DNA from: the human T2T-CHM13v2.0 reference genome, Homo sapiens
NCBI RefSeq assembly: GCF_009914755.1
Contig: NC_060940.1
Direction: 5' to 3' (one strand)
Length of the DNA stretch: 64,000 bases
In this document: positions 1-11,800 of the stretch, in pieces
Layout of the letters: every line of letters starts with the position of its first letter
Position numbering within the stretch: position 1 is the stretch's first letter
The notes under the pieces: generated by a model
Databases searched by the model: none
The model's input: the letters and a program-made list of their open reading frames with translations, nothing else
What the model was told of the DNA's origin: nothing
Program-made: the position numbers and the translations under genes

Positions 1-252
1 ATTTTAGGATTTGATTCGAGTCCTTTCGATGATTCCATTCGATTCCACTCGATGATGATTTCATTCGAGTCCATTCGACACTTCCAATCGATTCCATTTG
101 ATGTTTCCATTCGATTCCAATTGATGATTCCATTCAATTCCATTCGATGATGATTCCGTACGATTCCATTCTGTGATGATTCCATGTGATTGCATTCAAT
201 GATGATTCCTTTCGATTGCATTCGATTATGATTCATTTCGTGTTCATTCTAT
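1..252 (+). repeat. 3' end of a truncated upstream unit
   Basis: Matches 2256-2507 essentially base for base and ends at the GGTTCCACAGG landmark. Confidence 0.85.
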
Positions 253-2507
253 GGTTCCACAGGTTTCCATTCGATGATGTTTCCATTCGTGTCCATTCCA
301 TTATTCCTTTCTATTCCATTTGAAGATGATTCCATTCGATTCCATTCATTGGTGATTCCACTCAATTCCATTCAATGATTCCATTCCATTTCTTTCAACA
401 ATGATTCCATTAGTTTCTATTCGATGATCCACTTGATTCCATTTGACGATGATTCCATTCGTGTCCATTCGATGATTCCATTTGATTCCATATGATGATG
501 ATTCCATTCGATTCCATACGATGATGATTCCATTCGAGTCCATTCAATGGTGATTCCATTCAATTCCATTCGATGATTCCTTTCGATTCCATTCAATGAT
601 GATGGCATTCGATTCCTTTCGATCATTCCCTTTGATTCCATTCAAAGGTGATTTCATTCAAGTCCATTCGATAATTGCATTCGATTCCATTCTATGATGA
701 TTCCATTCGAGTCCATTCGATGATTCCATTCGAGTCCATTTAATGATTCCATTGGGTTCAATTCAATGATGATTACATTGGATTCCGTTCTATGATTCCA
801 TTCAATTCCGTTCATTGACAATTTGATTCCATTCGATGATGATTCCATTTGAGTTCATTCGATGATTCTATTTGATTCTCTTCGATGGTGATTCAATTCT
901 ATTATATTGGATGATTCCATTCGATTCCATTTGATGTTGATTCAATTCGATTCTATTCGATGATGATTCCATTGGATTTCACTTGATGATTCTATTCGAT
1001 TCCATTCAATGATGATTCACTTCTCGTCCATTGGATGATTCCATTTCATTCCATTCGATGATGATTCCATTCGATTCCATTCGATGATTCCATTTGATTC
1101 CATGCGTCGGTGAGCAATTCGATTCAATTCCATGATGATTCTATTTGATTCAATTAGATGATGTTTCCATTCGAATCCATTCCATGATTATTCCATTGGA
1201 ATCCATTCGGCGATGATTCCATATGAGTCAATTCAATGATGATTCCATATGGGTCCGTTCGATGATAATTCCATTTGATTTCATTCGGTGCTTCTATTCA
1301 ATTCCAGTCGATGATGATTCCGTTGGAGTCCATACGATGATTCCATTTGATTTCATTTGATGATGATTCCATTCGATGATGATTACATTGGATTCCATTC
1401 TATGATTCCATTCAATTCCATTCGTTGATGATTCGATTCCATTCAATGATGATTCCATTTGAGTTCATTCGATGATTCTATTCGATTCCGTTCGATGGTG
1501 ATTCAATTCTCTTATATTGGATGAATCCACTCGATTCCATTTGATGATTATTCCATTGGAGTCCACTTAGTGAATCCTTCAGATTCTACTCGAAGATGAT
1601 TCCATTCCAGTCCATTCGATGATACCATTCAATTCCATTCGTTGATGCTTCCATTCAAGTGCATTCGATGATATCATTCGATTCCATTTGATGATAATTC
1701 CATTTGATTCCATGCGATGATTCTATTCGATTCCATTCAATGATAATTCCATTCAGTTCAGTGATTCCTCTGGACTCCATTTGATGATGATTCCATTCAA
1801 TGATTCCATTCGATTCTATTCGAAAATGATTCCATTTGAATCCATTTGATGATGATTCCATTAGATTCCATTTGATGATTCCATTCGATTCCATGCGACG
1901 ATGATTCCATTCGATTCCATTTGATGATTCCATTCTATTCTATTCGATGATGATTCCATTCGATTCCATTCGATGATGATTGGATTTGATTCCATTTGAT
2001 GATTTCATTTGATTCCATTCGTTAATGATTTCGATCAATTCCATTCGATGATTCCATTCGATTCCATTCGATAATGATTACATCCGTGTCCATTCAATGA
2101 TTCCATTTGAGCCTGTTCGATAATTCCATTTGATTCCAACCAATGATTCCATTCATTTCCATTCAATGATTCCATTCGAGTCCATTTGATCATTCCGGTA
2201 GGGTCCATTCGATGTTGATTCCATTGGAGTGCATTCGATGATTCCATTCGAGTCCATTTTAGGATTTGATTCGAGTCCTTTCGATGATTCCATTCGATTC
2301 CACTCGATGATGATTTCATTCGAGTCCATTCGACACTTCCAATCGATTCCATTTGATGTTTCCATTCGATTCCAATTGATGATTCCATTCAATTCCATTC
2401 GATGATGATTCCGTACGATTCCATTCTGTGATGATTCCATGTGATTGCATTCAATGATGATTCCTTTCGATTGCATTCGATTATGATTCATTTCGTGTTC
2501 ATTCTAT
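253..2507 (+). repeat. 2255-bp short unit (type C, copy 1): master unit with a 3873-bp internal deletion
   Basis: Landmark spacing 253->2508. ORF-track offsets 346/2601, 1655/3910 and 2035/4290 are all 2255. Deletion junction at 694-717. Confidence 0.9.
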
Positions 2508-4762
2508 GGTTCCACAGGTTTCCATTCGATGATGTTTCCATTCGTGTCCATTCCATTATTCCTTTCTATTCCATTTGAAGATGATTCCATTCGATTCCAT
2601 TCATTGGTGATTCCACTCAATTCCATTCAATGATTCCATTCCATTTCTTTCAACAATGATTCCATTAGTTTCTATTCGATGATCCACTTGATTCCATTTG
2701 ACGATGATTCCATTCGTGTCCATTCGATGATTCCATTTGATTCCATATGATGATGATTCCATTCGATTCCATACGATGATGATTCCATTCGAGTCCATTC
2801 AATGGTGATTCCATTCAATTCCATTCGATGATTCCTTTCGATTCCATTCAATGATGATGGCATTCGATTCCTTTCGATCATTCCCTTTGATTCCATTCAA
2901 AGGTGATTTCATTCAAGTCCATTCGATAATTGCATTCGATTCCATTCTATGATGATTCCATTCGAGTCCATTCGATGATTCCATTCGAGTCCATTTAATG
3001 ATTCCATTGGGTTCAATTCAATGATGATTACATTGGATTCCGTTCTATGATTCCATTCAATTCCGTTCATTGACAATTTGATTCCATTCGATGATGATTC
3101 CATTTGAGTTCATTCGATGATTCTATTTGATTCTCTTCGATGGTGATTCAATTCTATTATATTGGATGATTCCATTCGATTCCATTTGATGTTGATTCAA
3201 TTCGATTCTATTCGATGATGATTCCATTGGATTTCACTTGATGATTCTATTCGATTCCATTCAATGATGATTCACTTCTCGTCCATTGGATGATTCCATT
3301 TCATTCCATTCGATGATGATTCCATTCGATTCCATTTGATGATTCCATTTGATTCCATGTGTCGGTGAGCAATTCGATTCAATTCCATGATGATTCTATT
3401 TGATTCAATTAGATGATGTTTCCATTCGAATCCATTCCATGATTATTCCATTGGAATCCATTCGGCGATGATTCCATATGAGTCAATTCAATGATGATTC
3501 CATATGGGTCCGTTCGATGATAATTCCATTTGATTTCATTCGGTGCTTCTATTCAATTCCAGTCGATGATGATTCCGTTGGAGTCCATACGATGATTCCA
3601 TTTGATTTCATTTGATGATGATTCCATTCGATGATGATTACATTGGATTCCAGTCTATGATTCCATTCAATTCCATTCGTTGATGATTCGATTCCATTCA
3701 ATGATGATTCCATTTGAGTTCATTCGATGATTCTATTCGATTCCGTTCGATGGTGATTCAATTCTCTTATATTGGATGAATCCACTCGATTCCATTTGAT
3801 GATTATTCCATTGGAGTCCACTTAGTGAATCCTTCAGATTCTACTCGAAGATGATTCCATTCCAGTCCATTCGATGATACCATTCAATTCCATTCGTTGA
3901 TGCTTCCATTCAAGTGCATTCGATGATATCATTCGATTCCATTTGATGATAATTCCATTTGATTCCATGCGATGATTCTATTCGATTCCATTCAATGATA
4001 ATTCCATTCAGTTCAGTGATTCCTCTGGACTCCATTTGATGATGATTCCATTCAATGATTCCATTCGATTCTATTCGAAAATGATTCCATTTGAATCCAT
4101 TTGATGATGATTCCATTAGATTCCATTTGATGATTCCATTCGATTCCATGCGACGATGATTCCATTCGATTCCATTTGATGATTCCATTCTATTCTATTC
4201 GATGATGATTCCATTCGATTCCATTCGATGATGATTGGATTTGATTCCATTTGATGATTTCATTTGATTCCATTCGTTAATGATTTTGATCAATTCCATT
4301 CGATGATTCCATTCGATTCCATTCGATAATGATTACATCCGTGTCCATTCAATGATTCCATTTGAGCCTGTTCGATAATTCCATTTGAGTCCAACCAATG
4401 ATTCCATTCATTTCCATTCAATGATTCCATTCGAGTCCATTTGACCATTCCGGTAGGGTCCATTCGATGTTGATTCCATTGGAGTGCATTCGATGATTCC
4501 ATTCGAGTCCATTTTATGATTTGATTCGAGTCCTTTCGATGATTCCATTCGATTCCACTCAATGATGATTTCATTCGAGTCCATTCGACACTTCCAATCG
4601 ATTCCATTTGATGTTTCCATTCGAGTCCAATTGATGATTCCATTCAATTCCATTCGATGATGATTCCGTACGATTCCATTCTGTGATGATTCCATGTGAT
4701 TGCATTCAATGATGATTCCTTTAGATTGCATTCGATTGTGATTCATTTCGTCTTCATTCTAT
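2508..4762 (+). repeat. 2255-bp short unit (type C, copy 2)
   Basis: Landmark spacing 2508->4763, with the same junction at 2949-2972. Confidence 0.9.
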
Positions 4763-7700
4763 GGTTCCACAGGCTTCCATTCGATGACGTTTCCATTCGT
4801 GTCCATTCCATTATTCCATTCTATTTCATTTGATGATGATTCCATTCGATTCCATTCATTGGTGATTCCACTCAATTCCATTCAATGATTCCATTCCATT
4901 TCTTTCAACAATGATTCCATTAGTTTCTATTCGATGATCCACTTGATTCCATTTGGCGATGATTCCATTCGTGTCCATTCGATGATTCCATTTGATTCCA
5001 TATGATGATGATTCCATTCGATTCCATACCATGATGATTCCATTCGAGTCCATTCAATGGTGATTCCATTCAATTCCATTCGATGATTCCTTCCGATTCC
5101 ATTCGATGATGATGGCATTCGATTCCTTTCAATCATTCCCTTTGATTCCATTCAAAGGTGATTTCATTCAAGTCCATTCGATAATTGCATTCGATTCCAT
5201 TCTATGATGATTCCATTCGAGTCCATTTGATGATTCCATTCAATTCAAGTCAATGATGATTCCATTCGATTCCACTCGATGATTCCATTGGATTCCATTC
5301 GATGATGATTCCATTCAAATCCATTCGATAATTCAATTCAAGTCCATTCGATGATGATTCCAATCGAATCCATTCAAAGATTCCATTCAATTCCATTCGA
5401 TGATGATTCCCTTAGATTCCATTCGATGATTCCACTTGATTCCATTTACGATGATTCCATTCGATTCCATGTGATGAATCCATTCAATTCTATTCAATGA
5501 TGTTTCCATTTGATTCCATTGGACCATGAATGCCTTTGATTCCATTCAATGATTCCATTCGGTTCCATTTGATGATGATTCCGTTCGATTCCATTTCATT
5601 ATTCCATTTGATTCCATTGGATGAGTCCATTCGATTACATTCGATGATTATTCCATTCGAGTGCATTAGATGATTGCATTCGAGTCCATTCGATGATTCC
5701 ATTCGATTCCATTCGATGTTGATTCTGTTCAAATCCATTCGATGATTCCACTCGATTCCATTCGATGACTCCATTTGATCCCATTCGATGATTTCCTGTG
5801 ATTCCCTTTGATGATCATTCTATTTGATTCAATTCGGTGATTTCATTTCATTCCATTCAGTGATGTTTCCATTCGACTGTATTCGATGATGATTCCATTC
5901 GACTCCATTCGATTATGATTTCATTCAATTCCATTCAATAATGATTCCCTTCGAGTCCATTCGATGATTCCATTCGATTCCATTCAACGATGATTTGATT
6001 CGTTTCCATTCGATGATTCCATTTGATTCCACTTGATGATGATTCCATTCGAGTCCATTTGATGATTCCATTCGAGTCTATTTATGTATTATATTCGTGT
6101 CCACTTCATGATTCCATTCAATTCCATTTAATGTTGATTCCATTTGATTCCATTTGATGATTCAGTTCGATTCCTTGCAATGATTCCCTTCGATTCCTTT
6201 CTATGATGATTCCATTCGATTCCATTCATTGATGATTTCATTCGACTCCATTCGATGATGATTCCTTTCGATTCCATTTGACGATGTTTCCATTCGAGTC
6301 CATTCGATGATGATTCTATTCAATTCTTTTCTATTATGATTCCATTCGATTTCATTCAATGCTTCTATTTGATTCCATTCGATGATGATTCCATCTCTTT
6401 CCCTTCGATGATTCCATTTGATTCCATTCAGTGATGATTCCATTTGATTCCATCTGATGATGATTTCACTTGATTCCTTTCAATGATGATTCAATTCAAG
6501 TCCATTCGATGATTCCATTGGAGTCCAAACGATCATTCCGTTCGATTCCATTCAATGGTGATTCCATTCATGTCCATTCGATGAATCCATTCAATTCCAT
6601 TCGATGATGACTCCATTCGAGTACATTCGATGATTCCATTTGATTCCATTTGAAGATGATTCCATTCAATTCCATTCGAAGATGATTCCATTCAATTCCA
6701 TTCGATGATGATTCCGTATGAATCCATTCTCTGATTATTCCATTCGATTCCATTCATTGACGATTCCATTCAATTCCATTCAATGATGATTCTCTTCTAT
6801 TCCATTCGATGATTCCGGTCGATTCCATTCGATGATGATTCCATTAGATTCCATTCGATTGTTGCATTCGATTCCCTTCGATGATGATTCCTTTGAATTC
6901 CATTCGATTATCATTCCGTATGAATCCATTTGATGATTATTCCATTGGATTCCTTTCGATGATGATTCCATTCGATTCCATTTGATGATGTTTCTCTTGT
7001 ATTCCATTGGATAATTCCTTTCAGTTCCCTTCGATGATTATTCTTTCGAGTCAATTCGATGATTCTATTCCATTCCCTTCGATGATGATTCCATTTCACT
7101 CCATTTGATGATTCCATTCGACTCAATTTGGTGATGATTCAATTCGATGACATTCGATGACTCCATTCAATTTCATTTGATGATGATTACATTCGAGTCC
7201 ATTTGATGATTGTATTCCTTTCCTTTTGATGATTATTCCATTCGTGTCTATTCAAAGGTTCCATTCTATTCCATTCAATGATGATTGCATTTGATTCCAT
7301 TCAATGATTATGGCTATCGATTCCACTCGTTGATTCCATTTGATTCCGTTCGATGATTATTCCGTTAGATTCCATTAGAAGATTCCATTCGATTTTATTC
7401 AATGATTCCAATGGATTCCATTCAATGATGATTCCATTCGACTCCATTCAGTGATTCCATTCGAGTCCATTTGATGATTCCATTCTTTTCCATTTGATGA
7501 TGATTCCATTAGGGTCCATTCAATGATTCCATTCGAGTCCATTCGTTAATGCCTTTCGAGTCCTTTTGATCACTACATTCGAGTCCATTCAATGATTCTA
7601 TTTGATTCCATTCCATGATGATTCCATTCGAGTTCATTCGATGATTGCATTCGAGTCCATTTGATGATTCCATATGATTCCCTTCGACAATGATTCCATT

Positions 7701-8879
7701 CGTGTCCATTTGATGATTCCATTCATTTCCTATCGATGAAGATTCCATTCAAGTGTATTCGATGATTCCATTCAAATCCATTCGATGATGATTCCATTCC
7801 AGTCCATTCGATCATTCCACTTGATTCCATTTGATGACTATTCCATTCAAATCCATTTGATGATTCCATTCGATTCCATTCGATGTTACCATTCGAGTAT
7901 ATACGATGATTCCACTCGATTCCATTTGATGATTATTCCATTGGAGTCCACTTAGTGAATCCTTTAGATTCTACTGGAAGATGATTCCATTCGAGTCCAT
8001 TCGATGATACCATTCAATTCCATTCGTTGATGCTTCCATTCAAGTGCATTCGATGATATCATTCGATTCCATTTGATGATAATTCCATTTGATTCCATGC
8101 GATGATTCTATTCGATTCCATTCAATGATAATTCCATTCAATTCAGTGATTCCTCTGGACTCCATTTGATGATGATTCCATTCAATGATTCCATTCGATT
8201 CTATTCGAAAATGATTCCATTTGAATCCATTTGATGATGATTCCATTGGATTCCATTTGATGATTCCATTCGATTCCATTCGATGATGATTCCATTCGAT
8301 TCCATTTGATGATTCCATTCTATTGCATTCGATCATGATTCCATTCGATTCCATTCGATGATGATTGGATTCGATTCCATTTGATTCCATTCGATAATGA
8401 TTTCGATCAATTCCATTCGATGATTCCATTCGATTCCATTCGATAATGATTACATCCGAGTCCATTCGATGATTCCATTTGAGCCCGTTCGATAATTCCA
8501 TTTGAGTCCAATCAATGATTCCATTCATTTCCATTCAATGATTCCATTCGAGTCCATTTGATCATTCCGGTAGGGTCCGTTCGATGTTGATTCCATTGGA
8601 GTGCATTCGATGATTCCATTCGAGTCCATTTTAGGATTTGATTCGAGTCCTTTCGATGATTCCATTCGATTCCACTCGATGATGATTTCATTCGAGTCCA
8701 TTCGACACTTCCAATCGATTCCATTTGATGATTCCATTCGAGTCCAATTGATGATTCCATTCAATTCCATTCGATGATGATTCCGTACGATTCCATTCTG
8801 TGATGATTCCATGTGATTGCATTCAATGATGATTCCTTTCGATTGCATTCGATTATGATTCATTTCGTGTTCATTCTAT
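4763..8879 (+). repeat. 4117-bp type B unit with B-specific segment 6074-7904
   Basis: Landmark spacing. Contains the diagnostic GAGTCTATTTATGTATTATATTCGTGTCC at 6074, which is absent from A/C units. Confidence 0.9.
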
Positions 8880-11800
8880 GGTTCCACAGGTTTCCATTCG
8901 ATGATGTTTCCATTCGTGTCCATTCCATTATTCCATTCTATTCCATTTGAAGATGATTCCATTCGATTCCATTCATTGGTGATTCCACTCAATTCCATTC
9001 AATGATTCCATTCCATTTCTTTCAACAATGATTCCATTAGTTTCTATTCGATGATCCACTTGATTCCATTTGACGATGATTCCATTCGTGTCCATTCGAT
9101 GATTCCATTTGATTCCATATGATGATGATTCCATTCGATTCCATACGATGATGATTCCATTCGAGTCCATTCAATGGTGATTCCATTCAATTCCATTCGA
9201 TGATTCCTTTCGATTCCATTCAATGATGATGGCATTCGATTCCTTTCGATCATTCCCTTTGATTCCATTCAAAGGTGATTTCATTCAAGTCCATTCGATA
9301 ATTGCATTCGATTCCATTCTATGATGATTCCATTCGAGTCCATTTGATGATTCCATTCAATTCAAGTCAATGATGATTCCATTCGATTCCACTCGATGAT
9401 TCCATTGGATTCCATTCGATGATGATTCCATTCAAATCCATTCGATAATTCAATTCAAGTCCATTCGATGATGATTCCAATCGAATCCATTCAAAGATTC
9501 CACTCAATTCCATTCGATGATGATTCCCTTAGATTCCATTCGATGATTCCACTTGATTCCATTTACGATGATTCCATTCGATTCCGTGTGATGATTCCAT
9601 TCAATTCTATTCAATGATGTTTCCACTTGATTCCATTCGAACATGATTGCCTTTGATTCCATTCAATGATTCCATACGGTTCCATTTGATGATGATTCCA
9701 TTCGAGTCCATTCGATGATTCCATTAGAGTACATTTAATGATTGCTTTGTTTTCAATTCGAAGATGATTACATTGGATTCCATTCTATGATACCATTCGA
9801 TTCCATTCAATGATGATTCCACTCAAATCCATTGGATGATTCCATTCGTGTCCATTCGGTGATTTCATTAGATTCCATTCGAGGATGATTCCATTCGATT
9901 CCATTCGATGATTCCATTCAATTCCATTAGATGATGATTCCATTCCAGTCCATATGATCATTCCATTTGATTTCATTCGATGATGATTCCATTCGATTCC
10001 ATTCGATGATTCCATTCAATTCCATTCTCCGATGATTTCTTTTGAGCCCATTCAATGCTTCCACTCGATTCCATATGATGATGACTCCATTTGATGAAAT
10101 TCCATGATGATTCCATTCGCTTGCATTCGATGATGATACCACTTGAGTCCGTTAGAAGATTCTATTCAATTACATTCCATGACGATTCTGTTCGAGTCCA
10201 TTTGTTGATTCCATTAGACTCCATTCGACGATGATTCCATTCGATGTTATTCGATGATGATTCCATTCAACTCCATTCGATGTTTCCATTCGAGTTCATT
10301 CTATTATTCCATTAGATTCCATTCGATGATGATTCCATTCGATTCCATTTGATGATTGCATTCTATTTCATTTGATGATGATTCCATTCGAGTCCATTCG
10401 ATGATTCCATTCGAGTCCATTTAATGAATCCATTGGTTTCAATTCTATGATGATTATATTGGATTCCATTCGTTGATGATTTCATTCGATTCCATTCAAT
10501 GATGATTCCATTCAATTCCATTCAATGATTCCATTCAATTCCATACGATGATGATTCCATTTGATTTGATTCGACAGTGAGCCATTCGATTCAATTCCAT
10601 GATGATTCTATTTGATTCAATTGGTTGACATTTCCATTCGATTCCATTCGATGATGATTCCATTTGATTCCATTCAAAGATGATTCCATTCTAGCCCATT
10701 CAATCATTCCATTCGATTCTATTCAATGATGATTCCATTCATGTCGATTTGGTGATTCCATTTGACTTCATTTGATGATGATTCCTTTCAAGTTCATTAG
10801 ATGATTCCATTCGATTCCATTTGATGATGATCCCATTCGAGTCCATTCAGTGATTCCACTCGTTTCCATTCCATGATGATTCCATTCCATTCCATTCAAT
10901 GATTCCATTCGATTCCGTTTGATGATGATTTCATTCGAGTCCATTTGATGATTCCATTTGATTCCATTCGATGATGATTACATTCGAGTCCATACGATGA
11001 TTCCACTCAATTCCATATGATGATGATTCCATTCGATTCCATTCGATGATTCCATTCTATTCTATTCAACGGTGATTCCATTCGAGTACATTAGATGATT
11101 CCATTCGATTCCATTCAATGATGATTCTATTTGTGTCCCTTAGATGGTTCCACATGATTCCATTTCATGATGATACTATTTGAGCCCATCCAATGATTCC
11201 CTTCGATTCCATTCGATGAGGATTCCATTCGATTCAATTCATTGGTGATTCTATTCAATTCAATTCTTTGATTCCATTCCATTCCATTCGACAATGATTC
11301 CATTCGATTTCTTTCGATGATTCCACTCGATTCCACTTGACATTGATTCCCTTCGATTCCATTCAATGATTCCATTTGATTCCAGTGGATGATGATTGCC
11401 ATCGATTCCATTCGATCACTCCATTCTATTCCATTTGATGATGATTACATTCGATTCCATTTGACGATTCCATCTGATTCTATTCGAGGATTCCATTTGA
11501 TTCCATTCGATGATGATTCCATTCGAGTCCATTCGATGATTTCATTCGAGTACATCCAATGATTCCATTCGAGTCCATTTGATGATTCCATTTGATTCCA
11601 TTTGATAATGATTCTACTAGAGTCCATTCAATGACTCCATTGGAGTCCATTCAACAATTCCATTCGACTCCATTTGATGATTCCATTCGATTCCATTTGA
11701 TGATTCCATTCGAGTCCATTTAATCATTACAGTCGAGTCCATTTGGTGATTCCACCGGATTTCTTTTGATAATGATACCATTCAATTACATTTGATGATG

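Noticed and set aside
6078-6096. AT-rich TATTTATGTATTATATT as a TATA box or insertion scar
   Set aside because: It is short, has no target-site duplication or poly(A), and is conserved only as part of the B unit. I use it only as a marker.
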